From Alphaproteobacteria bacterium (GTDB taxonomy: Bacteria; Pseudomonadota; Alphaproteobacteria; JBFXJJ01), in NCBI GenBank assembly GCA_050175015.1, contig JBFXJJ010000005.1, positions 108,953 through 172,952 on the forward strand: 64,000 nt of DNA, written 5' to 3'. The notes under the pieces were generated by a model that saw only the letters and a program-made list of their open reading frames with translations, was not told where the DNA came from and ran no database searches. The position numbers and the translations under genes are program-made. Below, piece by piece: positions 30,792-39,490 of the stretch (the first letter of the stretch is position 1; each line of letters begins with the position of its first letter).

Positions 30792-31086
30792 ATGGCAATC
30801 CGTGTTTAAATTTAATCTTTAAGTATTTTATAACTCTTTTTTTTTATGACTATCAACTAAAAAGAGAGATAAAATTGTGATTTTTTTAGATTCGTTATAT
30901 TTTAATGGTAAAACAGGCTAGTTTTTATCGTTTCAGCTTTGTTGATAGAGCGTCATCTTATGTTAAAAAAATGTAACAAAGCCACTAATTATAGAAGATT
31001 TTTATCTTTTTATTATTTTAATTCTTGAGTGTTGTTTAGCTTTTTTGTAAGTTACTTTTAGTTTTCAACTAAAGGTTTTATTTAGA

Positions 31087-33279
31087 ATGGTCTCCCAAAT
31101 AATCTCTCCCAATTTTGAAGCATCAAAAAGCGAACAAAAAGCCCCCAATCTTGATACAGGATTGATTGCTCTGGTTATGATTGGCCGCTTTTTTGAACGT
31201 CCTGCTGATCCTTTCCAAATTAAGCATAGTTTAGGCAAAGGTGAGTTACTGCTTTCGGAAATAGATATTCTGCGGGCAGCAAAGCTGCTTGATTTAAAAG
31301 CCAAAGCTATCTCTTCTGATTTTGACCGTATTGCCTCCAAAACGCCGCTGCCTTGTATTGCTCAGAGCAATGATGGGGAGTGGTTTATTATTGGACGGGC
31401 TGCGGAAGATAAAATCTTAATTCATAAGCCTGGGCAAAAAAATCCAGAAATCATCGCTAAAGAAGCTTTTATGAGTTTATGGTCTGGGCGTTTGATTCTT
31501 TTTACCAGCCGCAAAACCACCGTTGGCGGACGCCGCCGTTTTGATGTCTCGTGGTTTATTCCTGCGGTTGTTAAATATCGCCGTTTATTTGCCGAGGTTC
31601 TTCTGGCATCGTTTTTCTTGCAACTCTTTGCTCTAGTTTCACCTTTGTTGTTTCAGGTTATTATTGATAAGGTTCTGGTGCATCACGGCCGCAGCACGCT
31701 TGATGTTATCTTTTTTGCTTTATTATCTATCGCCATTTTTGAAAGTGTTTTAGGCGCACTTCGCACTTATGTGTTTTCGCATACGACTAACCGAATTGAT
31801 GTCGAACTTGGAACACAGTTGTTTCGGCATTTAACAGGACTGCCTTTGGCTTATTTTGGCGCCCGCCGTGTTGGTGATACGGTTGCTCGTGTCAGAGAGC
31901 TTGAAAATATCCGCAGTTTTTTAACTGGTTCGGCTTTGACATTAGTAATCGATCTTGCTTTTACATTCGTCTTTTTTACAGTGATGTTTTATTATGCCCC
32001 TATTCTTTCTTGGATTGTGGTTGGCTCTATTCCTTTTTATGTTGTCTTATCCTTGCTAATTTCACCGCTCCTGCATCAAAGAGTTGAAACCAAATTTAAG
32101 CACGGCGCAGAAAACCAAGCCTTTTTAGTAGAAACCATTACAGGAATAGAAACCGTTAAAGCTATGGCTTTGGAACCACAGTCTCACCGCCGCTGGGAAG
32201 AACAGCTTGCGGCTTATGTTGCTAGCTCTTTTAAGGTTAGCAATCTTGGCAATGTCGGACAGCAGACAATTCGCTTAATTCAAAAAGCGACTTCAGCTTT
32301 AACTCTGTTTTTTGGCGCCAAATTGGTTATGGATAACAGCTTGTCCGTTGGGCAGCTTGTAGCATTTAATATGCTGGCGGGCAATGTTTCTTCCCCAATC
32401 CTGCGTTTAGCTCAGGTGTGGCAGGATTTTCAGCAAGTTAGAATATCGATTGACCGTTTAGGTGATATTTTAAATAATCCTCCTGAGCCTTCGGTTGAAA
32501 CTGGTAGAGCTCCTACAACAGCGCTTAAAGGTCATGTTGTTTTTGAAAATGTTTCTTTTCGTTATGATCCTTCGGGTTCACGCATTTTATCCGATATTAA
32601 ACTTGATATTATGCCTGGTGAAACTATCGGCATTGTTGGTTCCTCAGGTTCGGGCAAAAGTACGCTCACCAAACTAATTCAGAGACTTTATATTCCAGAG
32701 CAAGGACGGATTATGGTTGATGATATTGATATTTCAACCGCAGATCCTGCTTGGCTCAGAAGGCAGATAGGTGTCGTTTTACAGGAAAATATGCTGTTCA
32801 ACCGCTCGGTTAGAGATAATATTGCTATTACCAATCCTTCCGTTCCTATGGAACGGGTCATTGAAGCTTCTAAGCTTGCAGGAGCTCATAGCTTTATTGC
32901 GGAACTTTCTGATGGTTATGACACAATAATAGGCGAAAGAGGTACCTCGCTTTCGGGCGGTCAACGCCAGAGAATTGCAATCGCTAGAGCTTTGCTTACC
33001 AATCCCCGAATTCTAATATTTGATGAAGCAACTTCCGCTCTCGACTATGAATCTGAAAAAGCAATTCAAGATAATATGGAGAAAATCTGTCAAGGCAGGA
33101 CAATGTTTATTATTGCGCATAGATTATCAACGGTGCGAAGCTGTTCTCGCATTATTGTGATTGAACGCGGCGAAATTGTTGAAATCGGAAGTCATAAGTC
33201 ATTATTAAAATCAGGCGGGCGCTATGCTAACCTGTGGCGCTGCCAAACTGATGATGCCGTTAAAGAGGTGTCATTATGA
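31087..33279 (+). CDS. hlyB: Type I secretion ABC transporter, HlyB family
   Basis: C39-like N-domain without the catalytic Cys (LDTGL), GDTVARVRELENIR, GSSGSGKST, LSGGQRQR, IFDEATSALD. Confidence 0.95.
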   Translation: MVSQIISPNFEASKSEQKAPNLDTGLIALVMIGRFFERPADPFQIKHSLGKGELLLSEIDILRAAKLLDLKAKAISSDFDRIASKTPLPCIAQSNDGEWFIIGRAAEDKILIHKPGQKNPEIIAKEAFMSLWSGRLILFTSRKTTVGGRRRFDVSWFIPAVVKYRRLFAEVLLASFFLQLFALVSPLLFQVIIDKVLVHHGRSTLDVIFFALLSIAIFESVLGALRTYVFSHTTNRIDVELGTQLFRHLTGLPLAYFGARRVGDTVARVRELENIRSFLTGSALTLVIDLAFTFVFFTVMFYYAPILSWIVVGSIPFYVVLSLLISPLLHQRVETKFKHGAENQAFLVETITGIETVKAMALEPQSHRRWEEQLAAYVASSFKVSNLGNVGQQTIRLIQKATSALTLFFGAKLVMDNSLSVGQLVAFNMLAGNVSSPILRLAQVWQDFQQVRISIDRLGDILNNPPEPSVETGRAPTTALKGHVVFENVSFRYDPSGSRILSDIKLDIMPGETIGIVGSSGSGKSTLTKLIQRLYIPEQGRIMVDDIDISTADPAWLRRQIGVVLQENMLFNRSVRDNIAITNPSVPMERVIEASKLAGAHSFIAELSDGYDTIIGERGTSLSGGQRQRIAIARALLTNPRILIFDEATSALDYESEKAIQDNMEKICQGRTMFIIAHRLSTVRSCSRIIVIERGEIVEIGSHKSLLKSGGRYANLWRCQTDDAVKEVSL

Positions 33280-34694
33280 TTAAGCCTAAAATGCCTGAAA
33301 AAATTTTGAGCATAGCTTTAAAAGCAAAGACGTTTTTTATTACGGTTTGGCAGTTTTTACAATCTCTTGCCGAAGGACCCGAGCAAAAGACTTTAGAAAA
33401 ACAGTTTTTACCTGCCGTTTTGGAAATTACAGAAACGCCGCCCTCTCCTCTTGGCAGAACTATGATTTATGTAATTATAACCGTCTTTACGACAGCCTTG
33501 TTATGGGCAACTTTTTCTAAAGTTGACATTGTAGCGATTGCTCCAGGAAAGTTAGTTCCAAGCGGTTATAGTAAAATAATTCAGCCGCTAAAAATTGGCA
33601 TTATTGCTAATATTTTTGTGGAAGACGGGCAAAAAGTTGTCAAAGATGAACCTCTGATTGAAATCAGAGCCGAAGAAACTGGGGCTAATAAAATTCGTCT
33701 GGGGCAGGAGCTTAAGTTTGCTAAGCTTGATGTTGCAAGGCTTTCAGCGCTTCTAGAGCCTATTCCCGAAAAGGCATTCAATCCAGATGATGTAGAATCT
33801 GAACTGCTATCCCAGCATAAAACATTGCTAATCGGAGAACTAGAAAAGTATCGTGCCAGCTTATCGGTTATTGAAAAACAAATTGTGCAAAGTGAAGCCG
33901 AAAAAGCGGTATCTGAAGCCGAAATCAGAAAAATTGAACGTATGCTACCCAATCTTAAAGAAAGGGTGGACGCTAAATATAAGCTGAAAGAACAAGGAAT
34001 TGTTGCTCCTATGACATATTTAGAATTAGAACAAGATTTGATTGATTTAGAAGAGCAGCTTAATATTCAGAAAAAAAGTGTCGCCGAAATTAAAGCGCAG
34101 CTTGAAACTCAAAAAATGCAATATACTGAAACCAAAAACTCATTTAAAAATGATGTGCTTTACCGCATTAATGAAGCTCGCAACAATGTCTCGATGCTAA
34201 AAGAAGAATTATCTAATGCTGAGTGGCTAGAAGAAATGACAACTATAAAGGCTCCAGAAGCCGGCATTATTCAAGAGTTGTCAGTTCATACTGTTGGCGG
34301 AGTTGTTACAGAAGCTCAGCCGTTAATGAAACTTGTTCCCAAGGATAGTGTTTTAGAAGTCGAAGCTATGGTGCTAAACAAAGATATCGGCTTTGTTAGG
34401 GAAGAACAGCAGGCAGTAATCAAAATCGATAGTTTTCCTTTCACCAAATATGGCACAATCGATGCAACCGTTATTGATATATCACCTGATGCGATTGAAA
34501 ATGAAGAACTGGGATACGTCTATAAGGCAAAGCTTAGCCTTGCAAAAGACCATCTGATGGTAGAGGGCAAAAAAGTTATGCTCTCCCCGGGTATGACTAT
34601 CGTCGCCGAAATCAAAACAGGACAACGACGCCTTATCGAATTCCTGCTCTCCCCTATGATTAAATATACCGCCGAAAGTATGAGAGAAAGATAA
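33276..34694 (+). CDS. hlyD: Type I secretion membrane fusion protein, HlyD family
   Basis: FLPAVLEI.ETPPSP, coiled coil, FPFTKYG, LSPGM...EIKTGQRRLIEFLLSP...RER. Confidence 0.95.
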   Translation: MIKPKMPEKILSIALKAKTFFITVWQFLQSLAEGPEQKTLEKQFLPAVLEITETPPSPLGRTMIYVIITVFTTALLWATFSKVDIVAIAPGKLVPSGYSKIIQPLKIGIIANIFVEDGQKVVKDEPLIEIRAEETGANKIRLGQELKFAKLDVARLSALLEPIPEKAFNPDDVESELLSQHKTLLIGELEKYRASLSVIEKQIVQSEAEKAVSEAEIRKIERMLPNLKERVDAKYKLKEQGIVAPMTYLELEQDLIDLEEQLNIQKKSVAEIKAQLETQKMQYTETKNSFKNDVLYRINEARNNVSMLKEELSNAEWLEEMTTIKAPEAGIIQELSVHTVGGVVTEAQPLMKLVPKDSVLEVEAMVLNKDIGFVREEQQAVIKIDSFPFTKYGTIDATVIDISPDAIENEELGYVYKAKLSLAKDHLMVEGKKVMLSPGMTIVAEIKTGQRRLIEFLLSPMIKYTAESMRER

Positions 34695-34738
34695 CTTTGT
34701 TGCCTAAACTAAGCTACTCTAAGAGCTGCTACCAAATT

Positions 34739-34768
34739 AAAGCTAGAGATTATTCTCTAGCTTTTTTT
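34739..34768 (+). terminator. Terminator after hlyD
   Basis: AAAGCTAGAGA-TTAT-TCTCTAGCTTTTTTT. Confidence 0.8.
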
Positions 34769-34933
34769 ATTCAAAACTTTGTTTCATTAACTATCTTAGA
34801 GCCAAGATTTAATCATTTGCTTTAAAAAAATATCCAAAATAACATTTAAGCATTATAAGACTTTGACATTAAGCTTTATAGTTCTTATTTTCTAATAAAA
34901 ATTATAATAATATTTATCTCAAGGCATCAAAAT

Positions 34934-35707
34934 ATGAAACAAAATATAGAAAATTTAATCGATATTATGGCACTTTTGCGCACCCCAGAAAAAGGCTGTC
35001 CTTGGGATATAAAACAGAGTTTTGATACTATAGCGCCTTACACCATTGAAGAAGCCTATGAAGTTTATGATGCTATCGAAAAAAATGATATGGCAGCGTT
35101 AAAAGATGAGCTGGGAGATTTATTGCTTCAGGTAGTATATCATTCCCGTATGGCAGAAGAACAAAATATCTTTAGTTTTAATGATGTTGCCGCAATTATT
35201 TGTGAAAAGATGATTAGAAGGCACCCCCATGTTTTTGGAGAATCTGATAAAAAAGATTGGCATGAAAAACCAATGGCATCATGGGAAACCCAGAAAGCCA
35301 AAGAAAGGCAAAAACAAAAAACTTTAGACGGTGTTGCACTTGCTCTCCCTGCTCTTATGAGAGCCATAAAACTTCAGGCAAGAGCCGCTAGAGTTGGCTT
35401 TGATTGGCCTGATGTTAAACAAGTGTTTGATAAGATTAAAGAAGAAATCTTGGAACTAGAAGTCGAAATTGAAAATAACAACCAGATAAATATTGTTGAT
35501 GAAATGGGCGACTTGCTTTTTGCGCTTGCTAATCTTGCTCGCAAATTAAATGTTGATGCTGAACAGGCTTTAAGAAAAACTAATCAAAAATTCATTAATA
35601 GGTTTGAATATATTGAAAAAAAACTGGCTGAAAAAGGACAGAAGCCTGAAGATGCAACTTTAGATGAAATGGAAGCTTATTGGCAGGAAGCTAAAAAATA
35701 TACCTAG
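34934..35707 (+). CDS. mazG: Nucleoside triphosphate pyrophosphohydrolase
   Basis: GCPWD, IEEAYEV, DELGDLLLQV, RRHPHVF, GFDW. Confidence 0.95.
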   Translation: MKQNIENLIDIMALLRTPEKGCPWDIKQSFDTIAPYTIEEAYEVYDAIEKNDMAALKDELGDLLLQVVYHSRMAEEQNIFSFNDVAAIICEKMIRRHPHVFGESDKKDWHEKPMASWETQKAKERQKQKTLDGVALALPALMRAIKLQARAARVGFDWPDVKQVFDKIKEEILELEVEIENNNQINIVDEMGDLLFALANLARKLNVDAEQALRKTNQKFINRFEYIEKKLAEKGQKPEDATLDEMEAYWQEAKKYT

Positions 35708-35933
35708 AACGAAGTTCGTTCATATGAGAGGTTTTAAGGTTGTATAAAAAGTTTTGCTTTTGCTTTTACAAAAAGCAAAGCTGTTGGCAAGCATTTACCG
35801 TAAGGCAAAAAAATTCGTATAATTAAATAGCTTGTATTCTAAAAACGGCTTTTTATTTAAAATTTTCTGTTTTGTAAACTTTTGTTATATTTTATTACAA
35901 TATATTAACAATAATAATTAGTAAAATAACATT

Positions 35934-36020
35934 TTATTGCAAAATATTATAACCATAATTAGGATAAAACATAGTTATGGTTAAAAATAATATCATTATA
36001 AAATTAAATTTACTAAACAT
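35934..36020 (-). CDS. Inverted start/signal-peptide module of locus 1 (28-aa OFF-state peptide)
   Basis: GAAAGG RBS; MFSKFNFIMILFLTITMF-YPNYGY-NILQ*; YPNYGY is encoded by the inverted repeat. Confidence 0.8.
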   Translation of the reverse strand: MFSKFNFIMILFLTITMFYPNYGYNILQ

Positions 36021-36537
36021 GGTCTTGACCTTTCATAAAAATGGTAACAAGATTTTAATTTATATTTGTTTTAATTCTGCGCTAGTTTCTAGCAATTATC
36101 AAGAATAAAAAATGCGCGAAATATTATTTTTTTAATATTTAAGATTTAATTTATTAAAATTTGTTACAAAACTATAAACTACAAAGAAGTTTTAAATTGA
36201 ATATAAAAGCAGATACTTCCTATTGAGTAATACATTGAAATTATTGTATTTTATTCCAAGCAAAACTGTTGGGTAACTTGAGGGTAACATTATTTACTAT
36301 AATTTAAAAATATAGCAAAGATGTTTTAAGATTAATATATTGATAAATAATATTTTATTACCATATTTATAAATATTTTAGGGTAACATATAGGTAACTT
36401 TTAAATATTATTTTTTAATATAATTATTTTTTGCATAAATTTAACAATCACATAACACATTGATTTATAATATTTTTAATATAAATATTTTTATTAAAAT
36501 GCTTTAATTTTAAGGATATATCCTAATTATGGTTATA
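35948..36537. promoter_or_regulatory. Invertible switch 1 (19-bp IRs, 552-bp internal segment), OFF orientation
   Basis: TATAACCATAATTAGGATA 35948-35966 and TATCCTAATTATGGTTATA 36519-36537; promoter-like TTGATA-N17-CAGAAT on minus strand 36102-36074. Confidence 0.85.
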
Positions 36538-39227
36538 GTCAAACAGCCATCACAACCTGCTCAGAATTACAGGCGATAAACAATAATCCATCTGGAGATT
36601 ACTATCTAACAAATAATATCGATTGTACTAGCATTGAAAATTTCGAACCTATAGCGTCTTTTTCTGGCTACTTTAATGGTATGGGGTTCACCATATCAAA
36701 TCTAAAAATCAGTCGAAGTTCACAAGACAATATTGGACTGTTTGGCTCTACTAACAATGCTGTTATTATTAATGTTGTATTATCTAATATTAATATAAAG
36801 GGGCAAGCTAATGTTGGCGGATTAGCGGGGTATATGAACAAGTCCTATGTTAACGGCGTTAAAATTTCTGGCTTGGTTGAAAGCAGCAGTTCTTGTGTTG
36901 GAGGTTTATCGGGACGCACAGACAACACTGGTATCTATAGCTGTTCTTTTATTGGTCATAGCAAAGGTCTTAGTGTTGATACAGGTGGAATAGTAGGATA
37001 TTTCCTTACAAATTCAAGTCTTTCTAATAGTTATGCTTCAGGTGTAGTTGAAGGCACGGGATTGGTTGGAGGTTTAGTTGGACGTATGGAAATGAATACG
37101 TCTATAACTAACAGTTACGCAGATAGCTCTGTTACAGGAAGTGATCTGCATGTCGGAGGCTTGGTAGGCTGGCAGGCTTCATCTTCTGTAATTAATAGAA
37201 GTTACGCCGCTGGCGCTGTTTCGGGACCAGAAGGATACGTTGGAGGTTTAGTTGGTTGGGATTATGATAACACTCTGACTGTTACATCATCTTATTGGGA
37301 TATGCAAACTTCTGGACAAGCGACAACAGCAGGAAACAAGGGGACAGGATTAACTACCACTCAAATGAAAACACAAAGCTCTTTTGTTGATTGGAATTTT
37401 GTTGATGTTTGGAAAGCACCAGAAACTAACTATGCAAAATTAAGTTGGGAAGAGACCGTTCCAATTTCAACCTGCGAGGGACTCCAAAATATAAGCAACA
37501 ACCTTGGCGGCAGTTATTATTTAGTAAATGACATTGATTGCAGCGATACAGTTAACTGGAATAGTGGCAAAGGCTTCAGACCTATTGGGCTAAGTGATTT
37601 TTGGAACATAAGTTCTTTTCGTGGAACATTTGATGGTAAAGGTTACAAGATAACAAATCTTTATATTAATAGAACGGACGCCAGCTGTGATCTTGGTTAT
37701 GGATTGTTCGGTTACGCTATACAGGCCATCATTCAGAATGTGGGAATTGAGCAAGCTAATATTAAAGGGCGTTGGATAACAGGAGCATTGATTGGCTTGG
37801 CTACCAGTAATGTTTTTGTAACCAATTGCTATTCTTCAGGAGATATTTCTGCACTAAAACAAGGGGGGCTTGCTTGCGGGCATGACGGCTTATCTCGTGC
37901 TGGAGGACTAATTGGCCAATTGTGGAGCAGCAACTCTAGAATTTATAATGTTTATTCTAATGCTAAAGTCAGCGGTACAGGTGAAGAAATTGGAGGTTTA
38001 GTTGGAGTATTTTATGGATATGCCAATTCAACATCTTATATAAAAAATTCGTATTCTACAGGACTTGTTGCCTGCTCTACCAATTACTGCGGCGGTTTTT
38101 TGGGGCATTTATATGAAAACGCTTATATTATCAACAGTTATTGGGATATGCAAACTTCAGGAAAAGCCTCAAGTGCTGCGGGAGTTGGCAAATCTACATC
38201 AGATATGAAAAGTAAAAGCACATTTTCAGGCTGGGACTTTACTAATGTTTGGTATCTTATTTACGGTGATTATCCACGATTAAAAACCCCCTATCCTGTT
38301 TGCACAGGCTGTGCAGTATTAGAAGATGGCGTGTGTGTAGCGGGCGGCAGTTGTTCTGGTGAACACCCGACGTGTAATGTTACGGGCTGGGTTGGACTTT
38401 GCGAATGTTCATCTAGCACTTGCGGTGATGGTCGAGCTTGTTCTGACGGTGTTTGCGTAAACTGTGATTCTGACTCAGCTTGCGGAGCTTGTGGTTGTGG
38501 GACATCTCAAAAACCAACGGGAACAGGCGCTTGTATGAACAACAGTATGTGCTGCCCTGGCGAATGCAATATGGCAACGGGGGCTAACTCTTGCGGTTAT
38601 AGCGACGACTTATGCCCAACAGGTGTATCCTGCAATCGCTCAACCCTTTCCTGTTGTGCAAATGAGCTTCCTTATTGGCGAAGTGAAAATTGCCGATCTT
38701 GTTCATCGACCAGTGGACTTTCTGGAAATTGTCAAACGCCTGGTATGATGTGCAACTCTCGTTACGACTGTATCGTATGTCTAGCTAATAGCCAGTGTAC
38801 TTGTGAAGACGGTGAAGTAGCAGACGGTATGGGTGGCTGTGTTGAACCTTACTGTTACAGTGACAGCGAATGCGGAGTTGATGAATGCGTTAATGCTGGC
38901 TTGTATAATGCTTTTTGCTCTAACTGCAGTTCAGTAAACAAAGTATGGCACAGCACTTCTTGTGAGAGCTGTCCTGCTGGTTCGGTATATTCTAACGGCG
39001 TTTGCGTATGCTCTGACGGCAAGATGTGGAACTCAGCCAACAATCTGTGCTTATCTCGAGGCGTTATCAGCTCAGGCGGCATCTTAGACTTAAAAACATC
39101 TAATACCATAAATGCGTCAGATGAGAGATACGCCAGAATTAAACGTAAAATGAACCGCATAACCAGCAGTGCTTACGCTGGAGCAGCGCAGAAAAAAATT
39201 GAAGAGGAGGAGGAATCCCAAGAGTAA
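36519..39227 (+). CDS. GLUG-repeat, Cys-rich exported protein body (headless until switch 1 inverts)
   Basis: Frame open from 36498 with no ATG until 36681; repeated VGGLVG motifs, SYWDMQTSG, Cys-rich C-terminal third. Confidence 0.85.
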   Translation, partial: YPNYGYSQTAITTCSELQAINNNPSGDYYLTNNIDCTSIENFEPIASFSGYFNGMGFTISNLKISRSSQDNIGLFGSTNNAVIINVVLSNINIKGQANVGGLAGYMNKSYVNGVKISGLVESSSSCVGGLSGRTDNTGIYSCSFIGHSKGLSVDTGGIVGYFLTNSSLSNSYASGVVEGTGLVGGLVGRMEMNTSITNSYADSSVTGSDLHVGGLVGWQASSSVINRSYAAGAVSGPEGYVGGLVGWDYDNTLTVTSSYWDMQTSGQATTAGNKGTGLTTTQMKTQSSFVDWNFVDVWKAPETNYAKLSWEETVPISTCEGLQNISNNLGGSYYLVNDIDCSDTVNWNSGKGFRPIGLSDFWNISSFRGTFDGKGYKITNLYINRTDASCDLGYGLFGYAIQAIIQNVGIEQANIKGRWITGALIGLATSNVFVTNCYSSGDISALKQGGLACGHDGLSRAGGLIGQLWSSNSRIYNVYSNAKVSGTGEEIGGLVGVFYGYANSTSYIKNSYSTGLVACSTNYCGGFLGHLYENAYIINSYWDMQTSGKASSAAGVGKSTSDMKSKSTFSGWDFTNVWYLIYGDYPRLKTPYPVCTGCAVLEDGVCVAGGSCSGEHPTCNVTGWVGLCECSSSTCGDGRACSDGVCVNCDSDSACGACGCGTSQKPTGTGACMNNSMCCPGECNMATGANSCGYSDDLCPTGVSCNRSTLSCCANELPYWRSENCRSCSSTSGLSGNCQTPGMMCNSRYDCIVCLANSQCTCEDGEVADGMGGCVEPYCYSDSECGVDECVNAGLYNAFCSNCSSVNKVWHSTSCESCPAGSVYSNGVCVCSDGKMWNSANNLCLSRGVISSGGILDLKTSNTINASDERYARIKRKMNRITSSAYAGAAQKKIEEEEESQE

Positions 39228-39326
39228 CTTAGAAAATACCCAAAGTTTTGGTCTCGCTTTTAAAAAAGCGAGTGCCGTCTGCAAAGACAATAAGCCTATA
39301 GCTTATAAAAAATACTAATTAAAGAT

Positions 39327-39430
39327 AAGGAGGTGATAAATAGAAATTTAAAAAAACTTTGCAAGAACAAACCCTGATAAAAAAACGAGGAAGCTTTGCT
39401 TTAAGGTTAAGCTTCCTCGTTTGTTTTTTT
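39327..39430 (+). repeat. Conserved 3' element: perfect SD, invariant 52-bp core, terminator
   Basis: 39327-39378 identical to reverse complement of 60987-61038 and of the copy ending 63985; followed by CGAGGAAGC...GCTTCCTCG hairpin. Confidence 0.85.
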
Positions 39431-39490
39431 CATAGCAATTATTTAAGCCATTCTAACCGAAACAAGCTGTCCTTCATAAAAAATCTATAG

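Larger units (their letters stand above)
18079..34741. mobile_element. Probable genomic island at tRNA-Met (RTX/T1SS); no integrase seen
   Basis: GAGCCGCTACCAAAATTAAA (18079-18098) recurs as GAGCTGCTACCAAATTAAA (34723-34741), bracketing only the RTX array and T1SS genes. Confidence 0.55.

Noticed and set aside
36529-36579. ATG inside the IR as the gene start
   Set aside because: Out of frame with the body; reads 16 codons then stops
36681-39227. ORF-track starts at 36681 and 63127 as true starts
   Set aside because: Both fall inside the first domain, lack a clear RBS or signal peptide, and paralog similarity extends upstream to the IRs
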